A stretch of DNA of 64,000 bases, from contig NC_086097.1 in the NCBI RefSeq assembly GCF_963921235.1, positions 106,208,001 to 106,272,000 of the forward strand, in the 5' to 3' direction. Made by a program: the position numbers and the translations under genes. Positions 38,401-48,878 of the stretch are shown here, piece after piece. The notes under the pieces are model-generated. The model was given only the letters and a program-made list of their open reading frames with translations. It made no database searches and had not been told where the DNA came from. Every line of letters begins with the position of its first letter. The first letter of the stretch is position 1. Source of the stretch: Mobula hypostoma. Taxonomy: Eukaryota.

Positions 38401-39350
38401 TTTTAATTATACATTTAGATTTTCTTATCAATGCAGCTGTTTCAATTGCAAATACACCTGCCACAGCACAATTTGAATTTATAACCACTGGGTTGCGAAA
38501 GTAGTTAATTAATATTCCCTAAACAATTCTCATTATAAATATGGCTAATCAAGTCCTAATTATTGTCAGTAGGAAGAGATTGCCCTCTACTTGCTGTGTC
38601 AATGGCAGGTAAATGTATTATTGAGATAGTTAAGTAATAGAAAGGGAGACTAAATATTAGAAACTTTCCTCAACATTTCCCACAGTGCGTATAAAGAATA
38701 AACATTTTTAATATTCAATTTTAATATTCATTTTTTAAATATTAATTTTTTACTGCACACTGCACTCTTGTTTCACTGAGATAAAATGATTGGTTTTCTT
38801 GCATTGTTACACTCCTTGGAGTGATTTTTGCCTTCATAATTATGTTAGGGAATTCTAAGATTTTGACTCAATGGTAATGAAGGACTGGATACCAAGTGGA
38901 TAATGTTTGAATTTGAGTTACTTTGGAGGTGATAATGTTTCCAAGACATCATTGCTTCTTTTGCCTTGGTGTCGGAGTACAGGAGCTTAGTGTTGGTCTT
39001 TGAGAAAACTTACTGAATTGTTGGACTATACATAATATAGCTGCAGTGCACTAGTCAGAGGATATAGCTAATGCTGAAACAGTTTTTTTCTGAGCTAAAA
39101 TAAAAGCTAGTTAAGCAGCCACTAGCAATGTTCAGATCAAAATATGGTTAGGGTAAGTGAGCTGTGGGCATGCCATGATGGCGCCAGATGCGTGGTGACA
39201 CTTGCAGGCTTGATTTGACGCAAATAACACATTTCATTTTATGTTTCATTGTACATATGGCAAATAAAGTTGATCTTTCTTTAGGGCAGGTGCTTATTGG
39301 GTGTAAACAATGGACAATGGCTTCCCTACCCTGAAAATGGGGCAGCTTTC

Positions 39351-39528
39351 CAACAGTTACACCACAACCAGGCAGGAACTCCATTAAGCACAATAGTTAT
39401 GCCACAACCGGGCAGGAATGCCATGAAGCACAACATTTACATTACAACCAGGCAGTGACACCACAACCAGGTAGGAACGCCATTAAGCACAACAGTTACA
39501 CCACAACCAGGCAGAAACTCCATTAAGC
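39351..39528. repeat. Minisatellite, 40-bp unit, ~4.5 copies
   Basis: ACCACAACCAGGCAGGAACTCCATTAAGCACAACAGTTAC variants in tandem. Confidence 0.92.
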
Positions 39529-40002
39529 CTACCTAGTGAATCAGCTCAATGAAGAGGTTTCTTACACAGATAATACATTGCATGATAATTTCACTTCAAT
39601 GTAATTGTGACTTTTCCTTTGTCCCGTATGAAGAGACTTTTAAATGAATATTGTCAATGAACATAATATATTCAGGGTGAATAAAGATTTCATTTGAAAT
39701 TCAAGGGTTTGGCCTTTGGACTATTGAGTAGAAATAGTCCTAGTAAATGCAACTTAGATTTATGATAATACAAAGCAGAAAGACTTATTACATGGAGCAA
39801 GAAGACAGCTCACAGAAACACTAATGTTTCAATAATTTGAGTCCATTGTAATGGGAGGGGAGGTAGTGACTGTACATTAAGTGGGTGGCAACTTGACCAT
39901 GAATATTGTTGGGACAGACACTGTTATTGCTTGTTGCATAGAAGTCCAGAAAGTTACCTTCCCCCTGTGTCACAACCACAGATTCAGCAGCGCAGTAGAC
40001 AC

Positions 40003-41171
40003 TGTCATAAGGGCGGTGGCTGGAAACGGACCCAAGTGCAAGACACAGACACTGAAGTACTAGGGACAGGACTAGGATACAGGGCGATGGCAAGGACATG
40101 GACAGGAAAACCAGGAACCTGGAACAGGACTGGACAAAAGAGCTAGGAGCCTGGGCTTGGACTCTGAGCCAGAGACTGGACAAGGACCCAGTACCTGGGT
40201 CTTGCCTCTTGCTCGGACCCCAGAACTCGGCAAGGATGAGGCTCGGCAGGCAGGCAGGACGAGGCAGAAATCTACAGGCTTGAAGCTCGAGGCGAGGCTG
40301 GAGGCTGGAGGCAGGGGGCTCCAGGCGAGGCTGGAGGCTGGAGGCAGGGGGCTCGAGGAGAGGCTGGAGGCTGGAGGCAGGGGGCTCGAGGCAGGGGGCT
40401 CGAGGAGAGGCTGGAGGCTGGAGGCAGGGGGCTCGAGGCAGGGGGCTCGAGGAGAGGCTGGAGGCTGGAGGCAGGGGGCTCGAGGAGAGGCTGGAGGCTG
40501 GAGGCAGGGGGCTCCAGGCGAGGCTGGAGGCTGGAGGCAGGGGGCTCCAGGCGAGGCTGGAGGCTGGAGGCTGGAGGCAGGGGGCTCCAGGCGAGGCTGG
40601 AGGCTGAGGCAGGGGGCTCCAGGCGAGGCTGGAGGCTGAGGCTGGGGGTTCGAGGCGAGGCGAGGCTGAGGGCTGGAGACTTGAGGCGAGGTGAGGCAGG
40701 CTCCTCCTGGGCAGGCCGCGGATCACCACCCGACAGAGGCAAGGGACAGGAAGGGACAGAACCAACCCCAGGTAATGGCAAGACGGCCTGGCTTACCTGG
40801 GCGGAGGCAAGGGACAGGGAAGGAGCTAGGTACAGGGTGGCTCCAGGACTGGACAGCAAGACAAGGCAAGGTTACTGGCAAAGCAAGGCAAGACGAGAAC
40901 TTCAGGTGAGGCGAGAGTTACCGGCAAGACAAGGCAAGGCTTCAGGCGAGGAAACAGAAGGCAGGGGAAGGGATACAGGGAGTAAGAACAAGAACAATCC
41001 AGCAACCACAGCCTGGTCTCCAGAGGTATTTATGCAGCCCGCCCCAACTAGCATCAGCTGCCTCAATTAGCTCAACAAGGACAGAAACAGGGTAGATGGG
41101 AAAACCTGGAGCAAGGGTCGATGGACCGGATCATGAACCAGAATACGGACTTCACGGACCGGACTATGACA
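40003..41171 (-). mobile_element. Solo LTR (inner; Gypsy-like) with an expanded minisatellite
   Basis: Perfect 7-bp terminal IR TGTCATA...TATGACA; near-TSD GACAC/GATAC; TATA-like CATAAATA on the minus strand near 41030. Confidence 0.78.
40287..40680. repeat. GC-rich minisatellite (~33-bp unit built from GGAGGCT/GGGGGCTC subunits)
   Basis: GGGGGCTCGAGGAGAGGCTGGAGGCTGGAGGCA tandem variants. Confidence 0.95.
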
Positions 41172-41628
41172 GATACGGCAATTGCACTTGTGAATTTGCA
41201 CGTGTCAGATAATTATTATTTAATTGTGATAGTATTTAACTCCATACTTGTCGTCGTAGTGCTTGTTGAGACTTGGACAGAGAACAGCAATGCTTCATTG
41301 CCTGTTTGCTTTCAGCCTTCCCTGAGAAATTGAACTTTAGAGTCAACTGACTCTGAACACTAAAAGTATGCGTTTAATGTTCAGATTTTCTTTTCAGCCG
41401 CAGTGTAGGCTTCATTTCCCATTTGAGAGTTTTAGTTAACGGCCCAATTTGGCCTAGCGTTTATTGTTTATTTTCCACTTAACACTGTTTTCATTAAAGT
41501 TCGTGAACTATCAACCTGCTTCAGTGTCTCTCACTCCATATTTGGGCCATATCCGAACCAGGTAACATCCTGTTCCTCACAGATCCTACAGTTAGGAATA
41601 GTTGCTCAAAGTTGGAAATAACTATTTA

Positions 41629-42010
41629 GGGTGGTGGGATGGAGTTACGCCTCTACCAAAGGAAGTGTAAGGCACTCCTTCCTTCCACTAGCCTTCAGGT
41701 GCAGCACCTGCTTTGCCTCTCCCCACCCCCACTGTCTGATCAGGGTCATGTGAAGCCATGGAAGCAGGTGTTGGATGGTTGTATGAGCAGCTGGTACATA
41801 TCCCGGGTCCTAGTTATGTAACTGCTGACGCCAGGCAGACAACCTCTGAAGAGTATTGATAAAGGCTAGGGTCACCCGTCTTGTAAAGACACCGTCCAGA
41901 AGAAGGCAATGGGAAACCACTTCTGTAGAAAAATTTGCCAAGAACAATCGTGGTCATGGAAAGACCATGAATTGCCCACATCATACAACATAGTGCATAA
42001 CGAATGAACA
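41629..42010 (+). mobile_element. RTE-derived non-autonomous element (copy 3, near complete)
   Basis: Starts GGGTGGTGGG; contains GAAGAAGGCAATGGGAAACCACTTCTGTAG; GAAT/GAAC-type tail. Confidence 0.75.
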
Positions 42011-42109
42011 AACTAAAGCAAGAATATTTTGAATTAGACCTGAACGTATCATTCTATAATGCAATAATACAAGCAAACCCATCTCTAAACTCCTAGATTC
42101 CTAGACAAC

Positions 42110-43330
42110 TGAATCCTTGACTTCCTGATGAATAGACTACAATCTGATATGATAGGCAGCAATACCCCCACCACAATTATTCTTAACACTGCTGCTCTGC
42201 AAGACTGCATCCTCAGCCCCCTGAACACTCATGACTGCATGGCTAGACTCTGCAGGTTTGCAGATGATCAAGTCAAGTCAAGTCAAGTCACTTTTTATCG
42301 TCATTTTGACCATAACTGCTGGTACAGTACACAGTAAAAATGAGACAATGTTTTTCAGGACCATGGTGCTACACGAAACAATACAAAAGCTACACTGAAC
42401 TACGTAAAAACAACACAAAAACTACACTAGACTACAGACCTACCCAGGACTGCATAAAGTGCACAAAACAGAGCAGGCATTACAATAAATAACAAACAAG
42501 ACAATAGGTACAGTAGAGGGCAGTAGGTTACCACCGTGCTGGGCCAAATCTCAAATAATAATGAGTCAGAGTACAGACAGAGAGCTTCATGAAATGGTAT
42601 CATGACAATATTTCCCTCAGTGTCAGTAAAAGACAAGGAGCAGTGCCCACACTCCTGGTTATATCAACAGTACAAAAGTAGATAGGATTGAAAACTTCAA
42701 GTTCCTAGGAATGAAAATCAACATAATGTCTAGGGTCCTAAGATATAGACACTACAGCTAAGAAAACTCACTGTACCTCTACTTCCTTAGATAGTACAGA
42801 AATTTGGCAGACCCCCTATGGCCTTCACCAATTTTTGTCAATGCACCAATCAAGATGCACTGCAACTGGGTACGCAACTGTGCTGCCCATAACTGCAAGA
42901 AACTACAGAGAGCTGTGAACATAGCTCAGCCTATCGCAGAAACCCCTGTCCCTCAATGGCATCTGTACACACCTTTCAATAAAGCAGCCAACATAATCAA
43001 GGCTCTCACACACCATAGACATTTTCTCTTGCTCTGCCTCCCATTAAGCAGATACAAAAGCATGCAGGCTAAAGGACAGCTTCTATCCCACTATAAGTGA
43101 TCCCCCAGTATGATAAAATGGGCTCTTGATCTCACAATTGGCTTCGTTATGGCTTTGCACTTTATTGTCGCCCTGAACTACACTCTCTGTAACACTTTAT
43201 TCTTCATTATTTTATTGTTTTCTCTTGTACTATCTCAATGTACTGTCAAATAAAATGATCTGTATAGGTGAAATGGAAAACAGATATTCACTGTACCTTG
43301 CTACATATGATAATAATAAACCAATTTATC
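42110..43330 (+). mobile_element. Old Rex1/Babar LINE, interrupted at its FADD motif
   Basis: LNTAALQDCILSPL...HDCMA...FADD, then TTVLGQI after the insert; C-terminal KKLQRAVNIAQ. Confidence 0.78.
42268..42528 (-). mobile_element. LINE 3' UTR fragment with (CTTGA)n tail, nested in Rex1
   Basis: (CAAGT)4 microsatellite followed by an A-rich antisense 3' UTR; host RT motif resumes after it. Confidence 0.65.
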
Positions 43331-43358
43331 AATTTACCAATTTACAATCATTCATAGA

Positions 43359-43915
43359 TGTTAGAGTGAGTTTTTTTGGTAGATAATTCGTTTACACTTA
43401 AATGACTTTGGCCACCAGACTTCTATTTGACAAAGTACTGTGGATTGAGTCCACAACAATGCATTTCCTAAAAGCTGTGGCATCGGGATACCAGCCAGAC
43501 ACTGTGGATGGAAGTGTGAAGTTTACAGGTAGTTTCAAAGACAGTATTATCTATACTTTATAATATTAATTGTCCTTTATGTTAGCACGTAAAATGCCAA
43601 ATAAATGTATTGTGGATTTAACCAAAGGCTGTGGATACCAACCCAGACGTGTTGGCGTCAGAAGGAAAGGATGAAGTCCAAAGGTGTGATGTTTGTATGT
43701 AGCTTCAAAAGGAAGCATTGTCTATGCATTGTCTATAACTTTTTAAGTAGCGATTGCCTTTGTGTTTAGCATATAAACACTGAGCTAGCAGACCCTTCTA
43801 CCGAAAGCGTCTCCGTCCGTAGGATGCCTGCTGTACCTTGTTGTGTCCAATAAAGAAGCTGCTTTGTATTTACCAGTGATTGTATCTCTCCAGTGACTTC
43901 ATCCATGCTACAACA
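43359..43915 (+). promoter_or_regulatory. 5' LTR (557 bp)
   Basis: TG...CA ends; TATAAA at 43772-43777; AATAAA at 43849-43854; 43743-43915 is repeated at 47867-48050. Confidence 0.85.
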
Positions 43916-43917
43916 TT

Positions 43918-43935
43918 TGGTGTCAGAAGTGGGAT
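43918..43935 (+). promoter_or_regulatory. Primer-binding site complementary to the tRNA-Leu 3' end
   Basis: TGGTGTCAGAAGTGGGAT is the reverse complement of ATCCCACTTCTGACACCA; starts 2 nt after the LTR end. Confidence 0.9.
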
Positions 43936-44217
43936 ACTTCGTGATCTGTCATGTGACCAGCGTTCCTAGCAGTCTAAGTTGGTGAGTATTTTTCTAAAAT
44001 AACACTCACACTTGGATCTGTTCGGTCGGTGGTACACAGGAACACGAAGTATCACGAACATGGAGATCTGAACTGGTACATATAAAAGTAGTGTGTGCGT
44101 GTGCATGTGTGTTTATGTACGTGAGGAATCTTTGCATGTTAACCTGGTTAACTTGGTGAGACTTGGACCACCAGTTGCGAAAGGTGGTAACCAACGGTAG
44201 GGTACAAGATGCCAGAG

Positions 44218-47200
44218 TACATAGAACATAGAATAGTACAGCACAGTACAGGCCCTTCAGCCCACAATGTTGTGCCAACCCGCAAACCCTGCCTCCCATA
44301 TAAGCCCCCACCTTAGATTCCTCCATATACCTGTCTAGTAGTCTCTTAAACTTCACTAGTGTATCTGCCTCCACCACTGACTCAGGCAGTGCATTCCACG
44401 CACCAACCACTCCCTGAGTAAAAAACCTTCCTCTAATATCCCCCTTGAACTTCCCACCCTTTACCTTAAAGCCACCTCCTCTTGTATTGAGCAGTGGTGC
44501 CCTGGGGAAGAGGTGCTGGCTATCCACTCGATCTATTCCTCTTATTATCTTGTATGCCTCTATCATGTCTCCTCTCATCCTTCTTCTCTCCAAAGAGTAA
44601 AGCCCGAGCTCCCTTAATCTCTGATCATAATGCATACTTTCTAAACCAGGCAGCATCCCGGTAAATCTCCTCTGTACCCTTTCCAATGCTTCCACATCCT
44701 TCCTATAGTGAGGTGACCAGAACTGGACACAGTACTCCAAGTGTGGCCTAACCAGAGTTTTATAGAGCTGCATCATTACATCGCGACTCTTAAACTCTAT
44801 CCCTCGACTTATGAAAGCTAACACCCCATAAGCTTTCTTAACTACCCTATCCACCTGTGAGGCAACTTTCAGAGATCTGTGGACATGTCCCCCGAGATCC
44901 CTCTGCTCCTCCACACTACCAAGTATCCTGCCATTTACTTTGTACTCTGCCTTGGAGTTTGTCCTTCCAAAGTGTACCACTTCACACTTCTCCAGGTTGA
45001 ACTCCATCTGCTACTTCTCAGCCCACTTCTGCATCCTATCAATATCTCTCTGCAATCTTTGACAATCCTCTACACTATCTACAACACCACCAACCTTTGT
45101 GTCATCTGCAAACTTGCCAACCCACCTTTCTACCCCCACATCCAGGTCGTTAATAAAAATCATGAAAAGTAGAGGTCCCAGAACAGATCCTTGAGGGACA
45201 TCACTAGTCACAATCCTCCAATCTGAATTTACTCCCTCCACCACCACCCTCTGCCTTCTGCAGGCAAGCCAATTCTGAATCCACCTGGCCAAACTTCCCT
45301 GGATCCCATGCCTTCTAACTTTCTAAATAAGCCTACCGTGTGGAACCTTGTCAAATGCCTTACTAAAATCCATATAGATCACATCCACTGCACTATCCTC
45401 ATCTATATGCCTGGTTACTTCCTCAAAGAACTCTATCAGGCTTGTTAGACATGATCTGCCCTTCACAAAGCCATGCTGACTGTCCCTGATCAGACCATGA
45501 TCCTCTAAATGCCTATAGATCCTATCTCTAAGAATCTTTTCCAACAGCTTTCCCACCACAGACGTAAGGCTCACTGGTCTATAATTACCTGGACTATCCC
45601 TACTACCTTTTTTGAACAAGGGAACAACATTCGCCTCCCTCCAGTCCTCCGGTACCATTCCCGTGGATAACGAGGACATAAAGATCCTAGCCAGAGGCTC
45701 AGCAATCTCTTCCCTCGCCTCATGGAGCAGCCTGGGGAATATTCCATCAGACCCCAGGGACTTATCTGTCCTAATGTATTTTAACAACTCCAACACCTCC
45801 TCTCCCTTAATATCAACATGCTCCAGAACATCAACCTCACTCATATTGTCCTCACCATCATCAAGTTCCCTCTCATTGGTGAATACGGAAGAGAAGTATT
45901 CATTGAGGACCTCGCTCACTTCCACAGCCTCCAGGCACATCTTCCCACCTTCATCTCTAATCGGTCCTACCTTCACTCCTGTCATCCTTTTTTTCTTCAC
46001 ATAATTGAAGAATGCCTTGGGGTTTTCCTTTACCCTACTCGCCAAGGCCTTCTCATGCCCCCTTCTTGCTCTTCTCAGCCCCTTCTTAAGCTCCTTTCTT
46101 GCTTCCCTATATTTCTCAATAGACCCATCTGATCCTTGCTTCCTAAACCTCATGTATAGAAACATAGAAACATAGAAAATAGGTGCAGGAGTAGGCCATT
46201 CGGCCCTCTGAGCCTGCACCGCCATTTATTATGATCATGGCTGATCATCCAACTCAGAACCCCGCCCCAGCCTTCCCTCCATACCCCCTGACCCCTGTAG
46301 CCACAAGGGCCATATCTAACTCCCTCTTAAACATAGCCAATGAACTGGCCTCAACAGTTTGCTGTGGCAGAGAATTCCACAGAATTCCACAGCACACATT
46401 GTATGCTGCCTTCTTCCACCTGACTAGATTTTCCACCTCACTTGTCACCCATGGTTCCTTCACCCTTCCAATCTTTATTTTCCTCACAGGGACAAATTTA
46501 TCCCTTACATTCCGCAAGAGATCTCTAAACATCGACCACATGTCCATAGTACCTTTCCCTGCAAAAACATCATCCCAATTCACACCCGCAAGTTCTAGCC
46601 TTATAACCTCATAATTTGCCTTTCCCCAATTAAAAATTTTCCTGTCCTCTTTGACTCTATCCTTTTCCATGATAATTATAAAGGCCAGGGAGCGGTGGTC
46701 ACTGTCCCCCAGATGCTCACCCACTGAGAGATCTGTGACCTGACCCGGTTCATTACCTAGTACTAGATCTAGTATGGCATTCCCCCTGGTCGGCCTGTCC
46801 ACATACTGTGACAGGAATCCAGGATGGACACACTTCACAAACTCTGCCCCATCTGAACCCTTGGAACTAATCAGGTGCCAATCAATATTAGGGAAGATAA
46901 AGTCACCCATGATAACAACCCTGTTATTTTTGCACTTTTCCAAAATCTGTCTCCCAATCTGCTCCTCTGTATCTCTGCTGCTACCAGGGGGCCTATAGAA
47001 TACCCCCAGTAGAGTAACTGCTCCCTTCCTGTCCTGACTTCCACCCATATTGACTCAAAAGAGGATCCTGCTACATTACCCACCCTTTCTGTAGCTGTAA
47101 TAGTATCCTTGTGCAGTAATGCCACCCCTCCTCCCCTTTTTCTGCCCTCTCTATGCCTTTTAAAGCACTGAAATCCAGGAATATTGAGAATCCATTCCTG

Positions 47201-47462
47201 CCCTGGTGCCAGCCAAGTCTCTGTAATGGCCACTACATCATAATTCCATGTATGTATCGAAGCTCTCAGTTCATCACCTTTGTTCCTGATGCTTTTTTGC
47301 ATTGAGGTACACACATTTCAGCCCTTCTACCTTACTGTCTTTACACCGTTTATTCTGCTTCTCTTTCCTCAAAGCCTCTCTGTATGTTAGATCTGGCTTT
47401 ACTCCACACACTTCTTTCACTGCTGTATCACTCTGGGTCCCATCCCCCTCGCAAATTAGTTT
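44218..47462 (-). mobile_element. CR1 LINE with nearly complete ORF2 (APE endonuclease + RT), disrupted, nested in the ERV
   Basis: DVVAITETW, GGGVALL, FYRPP, MGDF, SDH; NYRPVSLTS, DFSKAFDKVPH, FADDTK, LVRPHLEYCVQFWSP; (TTCTATG)n tail. Confidence 0.97.
46158..46399 (-). mobile_element. CR1 3' end of a different subfamily, nested in CR1
   Basis: TSD TGTAT (46153-46157, 46400-46404); (TTTCTATG)n tail; similar to 35840-36050. Confidence 0.88.
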
Positions 47463-47654
47463 ATGGGGCATGTATACTCGTTCGGGGAGCTGCATTTTAG
47501 TGTATGTGTTTGCAAGTGTGATGCAAAGGAATACAACGGGCATCATGAGTTCAGGTGCTCAAAAGTGGCAGATTGCGGTTTTATATTTTGCATAGTGTGG
47601 GAATTAGTGTGGGGATATCTCAGGGAGAGGTTTTACCCAGCTAGATCTACCAGA

Positions 47655-47870
47655 ATGGCACCTATTGAGGTCAGGCAACGTCAGGTTGAGAACCCTGATG
47701 ATACGAGCCTTGATTACGACTATTCATAAGCCCTTCACTCCCAGGGAGAAACAGAGCATCTTGTCTGAGTTGCCCTCACTTAAAGTTGCCTGTGGGAATT
47801 CAGAATTCTGGCGCAAGCTCGAGGAAATGGTTGAAATTCACCAGTTGCACCCTAAAGATATACATGTTAA
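47655..47870 (+). pseudogene. gag: Retroviral gag (capsid N-terminal-like) remnant, one frameshift, truncated by deletion
   Basis: MAPIEVRQRQVENPDDTS / ITTIHKPFTPREKQSILSELPSLKVACGNSEFWRKLEEMVEIHQLHPKDIHV; lies after the PBS; spacing resembles retroviral capsid N-termini. Confidence 0.55.
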
Positions 47871-48050
47871 GTAGTGATTGCCTTTGTGTTTAGCATGTAA
47901 ATATCGAGCCCACACTGAGCTAGCAGACCTTTCTACCAAAAGCATCTCCGTCCGTACGATGCCTGCTGTACCTTGTTGTGTCAAATGAAGAAGCTGCTTT
48001 GTATCTACCAGTGACTCTGTCTCTCCGGTGATTTCATCCACGCTACAACA
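47867..48050 (+). repeat. 3' LTR (3' part only)
   Basis: Aligns to 43743-43915 with about 15 substitutions and one 11-bp indel (counted by eye). Confidence 0.9.
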
Positions 48051-48066
48051 ATAGATTATAAAAGTT

Positions 48067-48445
48067 CATCATCATCATGTGCTGTATCTATGACGTGGGC
48101 AATCACAGTATTTCTATGACTATGATTGTTCTTGGCAAATGTTTCTACAGAAGTGGTTGACCATTGCTTTCTTCTGGGCAGTGTCTTTACAAGACGGGTG
48201 ACCCCAGCCATTATCAATACTCTTCAGAAATTGTCTGCCTGGCATCAGTGGTTTCATATTCAGGACTGTTATGTGTACCAGCTGCTCATACGACCATCCA
48301 CCATGCTCCCATGGCTTCACGTGACCCTGACTGGGCGGGGGGGGCGAGGGGGTGCTAAGCGGGTACTACACCTTGCTCAAAGATGACCTGCAGGCTAGCG
48401 GAGGGAAGGAGCACCTTACACATCCTCTGGCAAAGATGTATCTCT
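48067..48445 (-). mobile_element. RTE-derived non-autonomous element (copy 4)
   Basis: Reverse complement of 41640-42000; (GAT)n tail. Confidence 0.75.
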
Positions 48446-48734
48446 GTTAACATCATATTGTTCAATAGCCTCTTTGTATAGCCCATTACCCTGCATGATT
48501 GTTGCTGAGATCTAGCAACCATATTAAGTGGTCCATGATTTACTACAATAAATTCACTCTTGAAGGTGTGCTGTTATCATTATGCTTTTCTGCTCAAAGA
48601 AACATCAGGATCGGTGCTCTATGACTGTCAGTAGTGAACACATAGAGTCATACTGCATGAAAATGCATCGTATTTAGATACACTACTATAAGCATAGCAG
48701 TCATTTCTTTTTCCATATAACTGTCTTAGCATAA

Positions 48735-48762
<28 letters not shown>
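48735..48762. repeat. (GT)14 microsatellite
   Basis: Read directly from the sequence. Confidence 0.95.
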
Positions 48763-48765
<3 letters not shown>

Positions 48766-48878
48766 CATATGCACACTCCTAAAGTAAAGGGAACACCTTG
48801 AGCTAGTCAGATCATTGAGAGTATTGCCCCAGCAGAGAGGCAGAGAATGCAGAAAGAAAGCATTTCCACAAGATACAT

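Larger units (their letters stand above)
39968..41567 (+). mobile_element. Solo LTR (outer), ~430 bp excluding its insert
   Basis: TGTCAC...GTAACA termini; near-TSD CCCTG/TCCTG; ATTAAA near 41493. Confidence 0.65.
43359..48050 (+). mobile_element. Endogenous-retrovirus-like LTR element, internally deleted
   Basis: TSD ATAGA (43354-43358, 48051-48055); TGTT...AACA termini; two LTRs; PBS; leader splice donor; gag-like remnant. Confidence 0.85.

Noticed and set aside
39351..39528. 40-bp repeat array as a possible CRISPR
   Set aside because: Simple tandem units without spacers.
39821..40859. Long ORFs (314, 195 and 160 aa) rich in Pro/Ala/Ser or Gly/Arg
   Set aside because: They arise from the stop-free GC-rich minisatellite inside a solo LTR; no domain or splice evidence.
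44006..45007. 333-aa ORF as a novel fusion gene
   Set aside because: CR1 ORF2 C-terminus reading through its 3' UTR into the antisense ERV leader.
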